64,000 bases of DNA from Eledone cirrhosa (lineage: Eukaryota), in contig OZ024745.1 of assembly GCA_964016885.1 (NCBI GenBank), positions 19,282,001-19,346,000 on the forward strand. Reading direction: 5' to 3'. The position numbers and the translations under genes were made by a program. The stretch's first letter is position 1; every line of letters begins with the position of its first letter. Below are positions 12,721 to 25,571 of this stretch, piece by piece. Below the pieces are notes generated by a model. It ran no database searches. It was not told where the DNA came from and saw nothing but the letters and a program-made list of their open reading frames with translations.

Positions 12721-13212
12721 CTGGAATACATTGAAAAATATACAATTATTATTCACATAAAAATGAGAAAACTCATAGCTAGAACAGTCTTTAAAACAGC
12801 CAAACGCTGTCAATGACAGCGATGGGCAAAAATGCCTCAGAAGACAGAGACCTCCGGCCAGTGGTCAGCTGAAAGTGACTACTGTTTTAATGGCTGTTCT
12901 ATCGATGAGTTTTCTCATGTTTATATATATTCAAATACACTCTTGCTTCATCTCAATCAGAGACAACATTGTTTATTCATTTTGCTATTATTATTGTTTA
13001 CAGTAAGAATAGAAAAGGTGGTGCTGGTACAGTCATGTGATGTGTATAGATGATGACCACTGGGTGAAGACATGCCAGGGATGGAAGGAAGTTGTGGAAG
13101 TGGGAGACCAAAGAAGATGTGGCCAGATGTGGTGAATGTTGACCTCAGGATAGTGAAATTCAAAAATGAGGTGACACATGAAAAGAGAAAAATGGAGTGA
13201 AACTGTCTAAAC

Positions 13213-14016
13213 CACAGGTTCTCAACCCATTTAGGCCAAACGCCCCCTTTTGTCCCTCGAAATAACGAAACGCCCCCCCCCCCCCCCCCCCCTAGTTTTC
13301 CATTTTTCAATACTACTGATTTTGATATCCTTATGTGTTGCATGTGGTCCTAGATGTGTGTATTACCTGCTTATGTGTTGTATGTGGTCCTATATGTGTG
13401 TATTACCTGCTTATGTGTTGTATGTGGTCCTAGATGTGTGTATTATCTGATTATGTGTTGTATGTGGTCCTAGATGTGTGTATTATCTGATTATGTGTTG
13501 TATGTGGTCCTAGATGTGTGTGCTACCCACTTCTGGGATTTTTTTTGATTTTTTTTATTTGTAATATTATTTATACAATAGGAAATAAAATAGATCTACA
13601 TAGTGTTAACTCATTACGGTTGAGTCAATAATTTCAGACATGAAATACATTGTTATCGGTGAAGGAAAGACAAGATTCTAACTGGCTGCGCTTGAAGTGT
13701 CCTTGACCCAGTTGACTGTGGGGTTTTCCATTGTTAAGATCTCAATTGCCGGGTAATGTCTAAACACGCCTGCACACCTGCTCACAGCTGCAGTCAGACT
13801 ATAGTTATGCTGTCTGCATGCTCATTCAAATGCATTCACACTGGCTGTCTCAAATACATACAAATATGGCTTATAAAACTTACCAAAGTAAAGAGCCTTC
13901 CAGTGCACTCCAAAGCTCCAAACGCCCCCCCCTAATTCCCCCTTGCTCCCAAACGCCCCCCTGGAGTTCCAAAACGCCCCCTGGGGGGTGCATATGCCCC
14001 CCGTTGAGAACCTTTG
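13213..14016. mobile_element. Non-autonomous hAT (Charlie-like) element with internal 40 bp tandem repeat
   Basis: TIRs CACAGGTTCTCAAC...GTTGAGAACCTTTG; perfect 8 bp TSD GTCTAAAC. Confidence 0.85.
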
Positions 14017-14084
14017 GTCTAAACCATACAAGCATGGAGCAGAAGATGTACACACCATACATACTTGTGTGTGTATATATATAT

Positions 14085-14425
14085 AAAGTGGTCATGTAGG
14101 TGTCACAACAAAAAACACCCAGCCCACTCTGTAAAGTGGTCATGTAGGTGTCACAACAAAAAGCACCCAACCCCCTCTGTAAAGTGGTCATGTAGGTGTC
14201 ACAACAAAAAACATCCAGCCCACTCTATAAAGTGGTCATGTAGGTGTCACAACAAAAAACACCCAGCCCACTCTGTAAAGTGGTCATGTAGGTGTCACAA
14301 CAAAAAGCACCCAACCTACTATGTAAAGTGGTCATGTAGGTGTCACAACAAAAAACACCCAGCCCACTCTGTAAAGTGGTCATGTAGGTGTCACAACAAA
14401 AAGCACCCCGTACACACTGTAAATA
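14085..14425 (+). repeat. 48 bp minisatellite (~7 copies) derived from the RTE/SINE 3' region
   Basis: Unit AAAGTGGTCATGTAGGTGTCACAACAAAAAACACCCAGCCCACTCTGT resembles 22620-22715 and is followed by a decayed RTE tail. Confidence 0.85.
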
Positions 14426-14623
14426 TGGTAGGTGCTAAGAAGGACATCAAGCTGTAGAAACCTAGCCAAAATCAGTTTTGTATGAGCAAGATATGGTCAC
14501 TTGATGGCCTATCTCACAACAGAACAACTCGTCTAACTCATGCTAGCTTGGAAAAATGGATATTAATAGACTTCTATATCAGGTTGGCCTCTCATTAAAA
14601 GTACTAGGAGTTATGATTGGCCT

Positions 14624-16030
14624 ATAGTAAACTCCTTCCATATCAGGCTAGCCATGTGTAGGACTGCTAGTGGTTATGATTAACAGATAGTAAACTCCTT
14701 CCATATCAGGCTAGCCATGTGTAGGACTGCTAGTGGTTATGATTAACAGATAGTAAACTCCTTCCATATCAGGCTAGCCATGTGTAGGACTGCTAGTGGT
14801 TATGATTAACAGATAGTAAACTCCTTCCATATCAGGCTAGCCATGTGTAGTACTGCTAGTGGTTATGATTAACAGATAGTAAACTCCTTCCATATCAGGC
14901 TAGCCATGTGTAGGACTGCTAGTGGTTATGATTAACAGATAGTAAACTCCTTCCATATCAGGCTAGCCATGTGTAGTACTGCTAGTGGTTATGATTAACA
15001 GATAGTAAACTCCTTCCATATCAGGCTAGCCATGTGTAGGACTGCTAGTGGTTATGATTAACAGATAGTAAACTCCTTCCATATCAGGCTAGCCATGTGT
15101 AGGACTGCTAGTGGTTATGATTAACAGATAGTAAACTCCTTCCATATCAGGCTAGCCATGTGTAGGACTGCTAGTGGTTATGATTAACAGATAGTAAACT
15201 CCTTCCATATCAGGCTAGCCATGTGTAGTACTGCTAGTGGTTATGATTAACAGATAGTAAACTCCTTCCATATCAGGCTAGCCATGTGTAGGACTGCTAG
15301 TGGTTATGATTAACAGATAGTAAACTCCTTCCATATCAGGCTAGCCATGTGTAGTACTGCTAGTGGTTATGATTAACAGATAGTAAACTCCTTCCATATC
15401 AGGCTAGCCATGTGTAGGACTGCTAGTGGTTATGATTAACAGATAGTAAACTCCTTCCATATCAGGCTAGCCATGTGTAGTACTGCTAGTGGTTATGATT
15501 AACAGATAGTAAACTCCTTCCATATCAGGCTAGCCATGTGTAGTACTGCTAGTGGTTATGATTAACAGATAGTAAACTCCTTCCATATCAGGCTAGCCAT
15601 GTGTAGGACTGCTAGTGGTTATGATTAACAGATAGTAAACTCCTTCCATATCAGGTTAGCCATGTGTAGGACTGCTAGTGGTTATGATTAACAGATAGTA
15701 AACTCCTTCCATATCAGGCTAGCCATGTGTAGGACTGCTAGTGGTTATGATTAACAGATAGTAAACTCCTTCCATATCAGGCTAGCCATGTGTAGTACTG
15801 CTAGTGGTTATGATTAACAGATAGTAAACTCCTTCCATATCAGGCTAGCCATGTGTAGTACTGCTAGTGGTTATGATTAACAGATAGTAAACTCCTTCCA
15901 TATCAGGCTAGCCATGTGTAGTACTGCTAGTGGTTATGATTAACAGATAGTAAACTCCTTCCATATCAGGCTAGCCATGTGTAGGACTGCTAGTGGTTAT
16001 GATTAACAGATAGTAAACTCCTTCCATATT
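14624..16030. repeat. 63 bp minisatellite (~22 copies)
   Basis: Near-perfect unit TAGTAAACTCCTTCCATATCAGGCTAGCCATGTGTAG(G/T)ACTGCTAGTGGTTATGATTAACAGA. Confidence 0.95.
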
Positions 16031-16117
16031 AAGCTGACCTCTCATAAGAAGTAATTAGCCTAAATAAACAATCATAAACACTCTAAAATACCAATTGACT
16101 GTAAGTAGAAATAACTG

Positions 16118-16300
16118 TTTCTACTTTAGGCACAAGGCCAGCAATTACCCAGTGCATTACTGGTACTTTATTTTATCGACCCCGTAAGGATGAAAGGCAA
16201 AGTCAACCTCGGTGGGATTTGAACTCAGATCGTAAAGGGACGTAATTATGCTGGAAAGCATGGCGTCCGACCCTCTACCGATACTGCCAATCCACCGCCA
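16118..16300 (-). mobile_element. SINE-like family B copy
   Basis: Reverse complement of 9497-9686 and 18510-18700. Confidence 0.8.
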
Positions 16301-16944
16301 TAAGTAAGTAGAAATAACAATTACAATCTCCTCCTCTACTTTTCTCTATAGCTACTTATACTCTACCTGGTTGATAAGATCCCAGACCTCAAACATACAC
16401 CAAGTGGGGTGGAACTTGTTAAGTCTGACCGAAGAAATGTTTGCATTGGTCTTTCCATTGCTGATACTATCTACTGATCACAACTCTTGCTACTTCTTAG
16501 CTAAAGATAACAGGTGCTTGTCTAATATTTTCTCTTTAATGAGACCTACTACCTGTTGTTTATGATGGACCATCAGATCATGCTTAATTAATTCAATAAT
16601 TACATTGAGAGATCACAGATACTATGGGCATGTGGTTAAAATGTTTCAGGAAAGAATCACTGGACAGATTTTATGGGAGACCCAGGGATAGACCCCAAAC
16701 AAGATGGTTGGGTAACATCCATGAGTTTGGCTGGTATCAATTGGAGATGGTTCCTTCTGATAGAACCCACTGGAAGGAGTGCTTGCGGACTCTGCCTCCA
16801 CGAAGCCTCTTAGGAATAAGTGGGTGAAGAAGAAGATATGTAGTTAAACACCAATATAATGTATAGGGATAAATGTAGAAGAGAGGTAGTGAGAGACATA
16901 TTGTAATTACAATGAGCATTTAGAAGAGATATAGAAGAACTTAC

Positions 16945-17023
16945 CTGCTAAAATGATAACTAATAGTAAGACACAAAAGATACCAGAGAAAAGACCAACT
17001 CGAAATGTTACCCAAGTATCTGT
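16945..17023 (-). CDS. XPR1: XPR1 coding exon 7 (first TM helix)
   Basis: 79 nt, TDTWVTFRVGLFSGIFCVLLLVIILA+G; cag acceptor, gtaag donor. Confidence 0.94.
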
Positions 17024-17787
17024 CTGCAAATCAAAACAAAAAGAAAAAATAATTTATTTAGAAACTTGGGTTATAATTGAAGATTTTTTACTGTAAATAA
17101 TATAAAACATTGAAAATGTCAATTTGAGAAAGAAAAGAGGGACTGGCCTTCTGACAGTTAAAATAGCAGAAACGGATTCAAACATACATCTAGTAGGCAC
17201 CTCTTAACCACTATACCCCCTTCCATACACCTCACACACCTACACCCACCCACTTCTGTCCACACCACCCTTACACTGTAAAGTTATGTTGGTGTCACAG
17301 CAAAAAAGCATCCAGCTCACACTATAAAGTATACCATACATTAGTGGGTAAAGGTGAGTGGTTTAGTGGTAAGACTGTTGAAGTTATGATCATAATGTCA
17401 TGGGTTGGGTTAGGTTAGATTCCTGAACTGGCTTATGTGTTGTGTTCTTGAGCAAAACACTTCACTCATTACCTCATTGCTCCAGTTTACTCAGTTGAAA
17501 ATGAGTACTAGCAGTAGCTGGGGGTTTAAACCTGTGATGGACTGGCATCCTGTCCAGGGGAGAGTTTTGTACTCTCAGGTGCTTAATGCCATGGAAACCG
17601 GAATAAGCAGCAGCCTGATGAGCCTCTGGGCTTGAGACAGACTTTAGACTATAGCCATACATTAGTATGATAAATAGGGGAGGGGTCACTTATTTAGCTT
17701 GAACATAATCAGAGACAGAAAGAAGATGGAAGAAAAAAGAAAGAAACAAGAAGTAGAAATAAAAGAAATAAAAATATATAGAAATAT

Positions 17788-18177
17788 GGAGGCACATGGC
17801 TTAGTGGTTAGAGCATTAGCCTTGCAATCGAAAGGTTGTGAGTTCAATTCTCGGACCGGGTGATGTGTTGTTTCCTTGAGCAAGACACTTTATTTCAAAT
17901 TGCTCCAGTTTACTCAGCTGTAGAAATGAGATGATAGGACTGGGATCCCTATCATTCCACTGCAAAGTGGTCTTGGAGGTGTCACTGCAAAAAAGCACCC
18001 AGCCCACACTGTAAAGTGGACGTGGAGGTCCCACGGAAAAAAAAAAGCACCCAGCACTCACTGTAAATGAGGTTGGTGTTAGGAAGGGCATCCAGCTGTA
18101 GAAATCAAGCCAAATCAGTTCCCATCCCACCCTTGCAAGCAGGGAAAAGCAGACGTAAAATGATGATGATGATGATG
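17788..18177 (+). mobile_element. tRNA-headed SINE family A with RTE-derived tail
   Basis: GGAGGCACATGGCTTAGTGG (A box), GAGTTCAATTC (B box), central TTGAGCAAGACACTT domain, RTE 3' sequence, (GAT)n tail. Confidence 0.85.
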
Positions 18178-18467
18178 TAATTTAATTGGTATAATTGAGT
18201 GGTTAAGACTTTAAGTTTGCAACCCTAAAGCACCAGGTTTGATCCCATAGCATGCAATCTTGAGCAACTCTTTTTATTATAACTCTGAGTTGACACATTG
18301 CCTTGTGCATGAATTTGAATACACAAAAAGTGGGTGGCAGCCCACCTGACAGTCTTGTAATTCAAACACCCAGCCTGGTTAGATAGTGTTATGTGCTGAT
18401 TCAACCTGACAATTATGTAAAGGGTACATATCTCTGTGGAATACTCAGCCAGTTAAACATTCATATA

Positions 18468-18507
<40 letters not shown>

Positions 18508-18509
18508 TA

Positions 18510-18700
18510 GGGCGGTGAAGTGGCAGTATCAGTAGAGGGTTGGATGCCATGCTTTCTAGCATAGTTACGTCCCTTTACGGTCTGAGTTCAAATCCCGTCG
18601 AGGTTAACTTTGCTTTTGATTCTTACGGGGTCGATAAAATAAAGTACCAGTAATGTACTGGTATTTGCTGGCCTTGTGCCAAAAGTAGAAACAATTATTA
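18510..18700 (+). mobile_element. SINE-like family B copy flanked by (ATT)n
   Basis: Same consensus as 9497 and 47308. Confidence 0.8.
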
Positions 18701-19117
18701 TTATTATTATTATTGTTGCTGTATTCTATCGGCTACTTTGCCATGCTGTATTCTATCAGTTAGTTTGTTAGCCTTGACGGCGACCCTCTCTCTTTGATGG
18801 CTACCCTCTCTCTATCTCTTTCTCTATATATCTATCTCTAAGCCACCTATTACCTCCCGTTCCCTCTTCACCCATTCTTACTCAGTCATCTTGAAGTTAT
18901 TGAAGAGATAAGACACTCTACTCTGAAAGGCTAAAATGAATCACTAGAGTTGATTTAGCTATGTTCCAGTCATCCATCCATACAAATCTGGCCAGGTATT
19001 TCAGCCACCACAACACATCTATTTTGTTATCCTCATTTTCCCCTACCATGCTCACTCTGTCTCTGTCTATTTTTCCATCAAAGGCTACAGGCCATGACTG
19101 ACTATTATTATTATTAA

Positions 19118-22100
19118 TATTATTGTTGCTGTATTCTATCGGCTACTTTGCCATGCTGTATTCTATCAGTTAGTTTGTTAGCCTTGACGGCGACCCTCTC
19201 TCTACCTCACAATTTCCCTCCCACCCACCCCCTCACACCACCATAGCCTATTCGACCAATCAAACCTCAGCATGCCATTTCTTCTACTACTACTACTACT
19301 ACCTAACTCTCTCGTCCCCCGTCCCAGCCCAACACACCCTGCCATTATTACCACCACCACTGTTCTTCTAGCCCTGAATTTTCCTACCGTTATGGATGGA
19401 TGAGCTGAGAATAAATTGGAGCAACTCTGAATTAATAGATGAAATGAATATGAATCCGCGAGCTACCAAGCACCCATGTGAAGCGCCAATCCAAAGAGAG
19501 GAAGCACACACACACCCCTGCAAAAATCGACCTTTCCCTACGAGTGTCGACAAATGCCCAAAACTCCGAGTTGGTACCATCAATATAAGCACAATGAAAG
19601 GAAGAGCAGGAGAAATCGTAGAAATGCTAGAGCGAAAGGAAATTGATGTATGCTGTGTGCAAGAGACTAGATGGAGAGGAGAGTCTGTTAGAGTACTTGT
19701 AGGAAAAAGTCGGTGCTACAAATTTTTCTGGGTGGGAAATGATGATGGGATGGGTGGTGTAGGTATACTACTAGCTGACAAGTGGGTAGATAAAGTAATC
19801 TCAGTGTACAGAGTAAATGCAAGAATCATTAAACTCAGACTAGTCCTGAATAAAACAATTACCACAATAATATCAGCTTACGCACCCCAATCGGGGTTGC
19901 CAGACGAACTTAAGGATAGATTTTACGAGTCCCTAATGCACACTACTGCTCTAAATAACGACAATGACTTCCTAATCATCGCAGGAGATTTTAACAGACA
20001 CGTAGGTAAAGACTATTACGGCTTCAATAGAGTCCATGGAGGCCATGGGGTTGGCACAAGAAATGAAGAAGCATTCAGACTTCTAGAATTCTGCAATGCC
20101 AATGACATGTCGATATGTAACACAAACTTCAAAAAACCCGACAACCACCTGATCACCTATAGATCAGGGGAGCATTCTAGTCACATAGATTTTATCCTCA
20201 TCAGAGGACATGACAGATGGGCGGTCGTAAACACAAAAGCCTTCCCCAGTGAGGAATGTACCTCCCAACATAGCTTAGTTGTCAGCGACCTCACAGTCAG
20301 AACTAGACGAACCTGGAAACAGGCCAACCCAGAGAAGAAAGATCTGGAAGCTGAAAGACCCCTCAGCCAGTAACAGATTTAAAGATATTTTTCTCAACGC
20401 CTACGACAGTAAAGAAGAACAGATAGAGACATTCAATGTAGAAGAGCACTGGGAGTTCCTAAAAAATAACTTACTAGAGGCGACAGATGAGGTCTGTGGC
20501 TGGAGTAAGACCACAAGCAGGAGGAGAGTGACTTGGTGGTGGAACAATAAGGTAGATGAGGCAGTTAAGGCCAAGAGACAGGCATGGAAAGAATGGAAGA
20601 ACGGGGGGAGCAGGGTACATTACATAGAGACCAAGAGGGAAGCTAGGCGAGAAGCAGAGGATAGAAAATTCAAGCATGTTTTGCAACGTGAGGTCCAGAA
20701 ACAGGAGGTGTTCAAGATTGCGAGGCAGTGTGTCAGAGAGAATTGTAATGTCATTGGAGAGAAGTGTATCCAGAATGATAAAGGTGAGCTTGCCCTCACA
20801 AGTACTGAGAAGAAAGATGCATGGAAGAGTCATTATGATAGATTACTAAATGAGGAGAATGCATGGGGAGAAGAGACCCTACCCCAAGTAGACCCTATAG
20901 AGGGGCCAGCAGTACAAGTCAGCAGCAGCGTAGTAAGTAAGGCAATCAAAGATATGAAGATGGGGAAGGCAACCGGTCCATCGGGTATAGCTGCCGAGAT
21001 GCTGAAGGCATCTGGGTCTGTAGGTCACACTATAACCACACGTATTGTTAACCAGGTAATACTAGAAGGTGTCATACCAAAAGATTGGTGCAGTAGCATC
21101 ATTGTCAACTGCTACAAAGGTAAAGGTGATGCACTCGATAGAGGAAACTATAGAGGTATAAAGCTGATGGACCAGGTCATGAAAGTAACAGAAAGAGTTA
21201 TAGCACAGTTGATTAGGGACCGGGTGAAACTAGATGAGATGCAATTTGGGTTTGTACCAGGAAGAGGCACCACTGATGCCCTCTTCCTTGTGAGACAGTT
21301 ACAGGAAAAGTACCTAGCTAAAAGTAAGCCACTCTACCTGGCATTCGTCGATCTCGAGAAAGCCTTTGACAGAGTTCCACATGCTGTAATCTGGTGGGCT
21401 CTTAGAAAACTAGGAGTAGATGAATGGCTTGTGAAAGCTGTACAAACCATGTATAGAGGAGCAGTCAGCAAAGTTAGGATTAGCAATGAGTATAGCGAGG
21501 AATTTAACGTACAGGTTGGGGTCCACCAGGGCTCTGTTCTTAGCCCCCTCCTGTTCATCATAGTCCTGCAGGCAATAACAGAGGAGTTTAAGACCGGATG
21601 CCCATGGGAACTCCTGTATGCTGATGACCTCGCACTTATAGCTGAATCTATGGTAGGACTAGAGAAGAAATTCCAAACTTGGAAGCATGGACTAGAAAGA
21701 AAGGGTCTCAAAGTCAACATGACAAAGACTAAGGTCCTTGTAAGTAGACGAGAAAACAGAACCCACATCTCCTCAGGGAAATGGCCTTGCTCAGTATGTA
21801 GGAAAGGTGTAGGTAGGAACTCCATTCTCTGCCCCAAATGCAAACAATGGGTACACAAGAGATGTAGCGGGATCTCAGGAAGCTTAATTAAGAATGTAGG
21901 CTTCACATGCAGCAGCTGTACTGGGACAGCAAGCAGCAAACAGCCACAGGAAACAAGTACCACCAATCTCTGGGAGGGCTCTGTAGAGATAGTAGACAGC
22001 TTCTGCTACCTAGGTGACCGAATTAGCAGCGGAGGTGGGTGTTCAGAAAGTACAATAACTAGGGTAAGAACGGGATGGAAGAAGTTCAGGGAACTACTAC

Positions 22101-22883
22101 CACTGCTAGCTGCAAAAGCTTCTCCCTCAAAATGAAAGGCAGACTGTATGATGCGTGTATCCGAACAGCAATGTTACATGGTAGTGAGACCTGGGCGCTG
22201 AAGGTGGAAGACTTACGTAGATTAGAGAGAAACGAAGCCTGCATGCTCCGATGGATGTGTAATAGTAATATACGCGAACGACAAAGCATAAATGAATTGA
22301 GGTAGAGACTGAGCATAAGAGGAATCAAATGCTGTGTGCAGGAGAGGCGGTTGCGTTGGTATGGACATGTGATGTGTATGAAGGATAACAGCTGCATAAA
22401 AAGGTGCAGAGCACTAGAAGTCGATGGAAACCGCGGAGTGGGGAGACCCAAGATGACCTGGGATGAGGTGATAAAAGCCGACCTTACCCAATTACACCTC
22501 TCAAAGGCGATGACACACGACCGTGACCTCTGGCGTCACGCAGTAATACAGAGTACCAGACCTCCCATGGGTACAAGCTGAAGCATATAGACAATATGCC
22601 CCCACACCCTTCCACTGCAAGGTGGTCGTGGAGGCGCCACGGCAAAAAAGCACCCAGCCCACACTGTAAAGTGGACATGTAGGCGCCACGAAAAAGCACC
22701 CAGCACTCACTGTAAATGAGGTTGGTGTTAGAAAGGGCATCCAGCTGTAGAAATCAAGCCAAATCAGTTCCTGTATGAGCAAGACATGGTCAGCCGACCA
22801 GACACTGCCCACAACAAGACAACCCGTCTAACCCATGCTAGCGTGGAAGAACGGACGTTAAATGGTGATGATGATGATGATGA

Positions 22884-22888
<5 letters not shown>
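19118..22888 (+). mobile_element. Near full-length RTE-clade LINE (APE endonuclease + RT), inactivated
   Basis: APE motifs (CVQETRW, SAYAPQ, IAGDFN, IDFIL, SQHSLVV) at 19396-20373 and RT motifs (QFGF, FVDLEKAFD, QGSVLSP, YADD) at 20279-22135. At least two frameshifts and a stop, then a 3' UTR and (GAT)n tail. The 5' boundary is approximate. Confidence 0.93.
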
Positions 22889-22958
<70 letters not shown>

Positions 22959-23218
22959 GAGAGAAAGAGAGAGACAGAGTGATGTGGTTAGAAAGAGGAG
23001 GAAGAGATAAAGATGGAGAGAGATAGAGGAGAGAGATATAAAGAGAAAAAGAGAACAGAGGTGAAGACACACACACACACACATACATATATATATATAG
23101 AGAGAGAGAGAGGGCAGAGAGAGAGAGACATATACCTATATAACTTAGTAGAATTATTTAACCTACAGCCACACACAAGCAATGACCAGTAAATAAACAT
23201 AAAAATAAAACCATTTAC

Positions 23219-23299
23219 CTGTTCTCCTAATGGTGGAACTCGCAGCCTCTTCATAGCTTTCTGCCTGTTACCTCCTTCTAAATCTGAGGTCACAATTAG
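23219..23299 (-). CDS. XPR1: XPR1 coding exon 6
   Basis: 81 nt, LIVTSDLEGGNRQKAMKRLRVPPLGEQ; cag acceptor, gtaaa donor. Confidence 0.96.
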
Positions 23300-23961
23300 C
23301 TGTTATGTAATGAATGATATAACATTAATACAAACAATACACTGATAAACAATCAATAAAAATAAAAGTAAATGGAAGCTAATGGTAAAGGGTTCTATCC
23401 AGAAGAAAAAAAAGTGAGGCGGGGATCTCTTTCCCCTGCCTCACTCCCAAAACATTCAGAAATTTTATATCAAAGTTCTGGATGAAATATTTAAATACTG
23501 AAGAGGCGGCATGGTTGTGTGGTTAAGGAGTTCTCTTCACAACCACATAGTTTCATGTTCAATGTAAGGCTTTGAAAACAAATTTGGTAGAGGAAAACTA
23601 TATGGAAGCCCATCATGTGGTTGCAAAACCAACTTTTTCTCCATGCAGTCATGCCTATATATATATATATATATATATACATATATAAATATTTACATAT
23701 ACATATATATACATATATATATTTATATTTACATATACATATATATATATATATATATACATATTTACACATATATATTTATATATATATATACTTATGT
23801 ATATTTATATATATGTATATACATATATATATATACATATGTATATTTATATATATGTATATATATATATATGTATATACATATATATATACATATGTAT
23901 ATTTATATATATGTATATACATATATATATACATATGTATATTTATATATATGTATATACA

Positions 23962-25492
23962 TACTATTTATTATTGCCCTTCAGGCTATAACAGAGGAGT
24001 TCAAGACCGGCTGCCCATGGGAACTCCTATACGCAGATGATCTAACGCTCATAGCTGAATCAATGACCGAACTAGAGAAGAAATTCCAAACATGGAAGCA
24101 CGGCCTAGAATCAAAAGGCCTTAAAATTAACCTGGCTAAGACTAAAGTTCTAGTTTGTAGGAAAGAAAATAAGGCGGCGGTCCCATCTGGGAAATGGCCA
24201 TGCTCAGTGTGTAGGAAAGGCGTAGGTAGAAACTCCATTTTATGTCCCAAATGCAAAGTATGGGTGCATAAAAGATGTAGTGGGATCACAGGTAAGCTAA
24301 CTAAGAACATAGATTTTACATGTGGCCGGTGCTCTGGTGCAATAAGTAGCAGCAAGTGCCCACAAAATACTAGCTCCTTCAACTGCGCAGAGGGTTCTAT
24401 AGAAATAGTGGACAGTTTCCGTTACCTGGGTGACAAAATCAGCAGTGGGGGAGGGTGCTCTGAAAGTACAGTAGCTAGAGTCAGAACTGGATGGAAAAAG
24501 TTCAGAGAGCTTATACCACTATTAGCCGCTAGAGGGTTCTCCCTAAAAATGAAAGGCAGGTTATACGATGCCTGCATACGAACAACAATGCTGCATGGCA
24601 GTGAGACCTGGGCATTGTGTGCAGAGGATATACGCAGACTAGAGAAGAACGAAGCTTGCATGCTCCGCTGGATGTGCAATAGTAATATACGTGAACGGCA
24701 AAGCATAAACGAACTAAGGAAAAAATTAGAAATAAGAGGGATCAGATGTTGTTTACTCGAGAGAAGGCTACGTTGGTACGGTCACGTGATGCGCATGAAA
24801 GACGACAGCTGTATAACAAAGTGCAGGGCAATAAAGATAGACGGTAGCCACGGAGTAGGCAGACCCAGAAAAACATGGGACGAGCTGATAAATTCCGACC
24901 TCACACGCTTACACCTCTCCAAGACAATGTCACTGGACCGAGACCTTTGGCGGTACTCAGTAATAGAGAAGACCCGCCTTACCTAAATACAAAGTAAAAA
25001 CCTACTACAGTCAGTAGGCATCTCTATCAAAACACCCCCCCGTCCCACCACCTCCACCCCATCCACACCGCCCCTTTCAATGTACAGTTATGTTGGTCCC
25101 ACAACATCCAGGCCGAAACAAATGAGATCGTGTAGGTGTCACGACAAAAAACACACAGTCCACGCTGTAAATGTGGCCGTGTAGGCAACACGGTAAAAAC
25201 CTCCCAGCCCCACACTGTAAATGTGGTTGGTGTTAGGAAGGGCATCCAGCTGTAGAAAACCCGCCAGACAGTCCACGCTGTAATGTGGCCGTGTAGGCAA
25301 CACGGTAAAAACCTCCCAGCCCCACACTGTAAATGTGGTTGGTGTTAGGAAGGGCATCCAACTGTAGAAAACCCGCCAGACAGTCCTATGCGAGCAAGAC
25401 AACCACTCTTGCCTCAAGTGGGAAAACCCCCGTCCAAACCCATGCAAGCGTGGAACACGGACGCTAAACCTGATGATGATGATGATGATGAT
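23962..25492 (+). mobile_element. 5'-truncated RTE LINE (RT C-terminal half, open to stop at 24986)
   Basis: [21 protein letters not shown]...RLRWYGHV...GRPRKTW; 3' UTR with an ~97 bp duplication and a (GAT)n tail; flanked by TA-rich microsatellite. Confidence 0.92.
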
Positions 25493-25539
25493 ATGTATAT
25501 ACCTATGTATATACATATATATATTTATATATATGTATG

Positions 25540-25568
<29 letters not shown>

Positions 25569-25571
<3 letters not shown>

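Noticed and set aside
14624-16030. Regular repeat array as a possible CRISPR
   Set aside because: Head-to-tail identical units with no unique spacers, in a eukaryotic intron. The same applies to 41606-44932 and 35632-36251.
17788-17860. tRNA gene
   Set aside because: A and B boxes are present but there is no proper cloverleaf, and it continues into a SINE body found in several copies.
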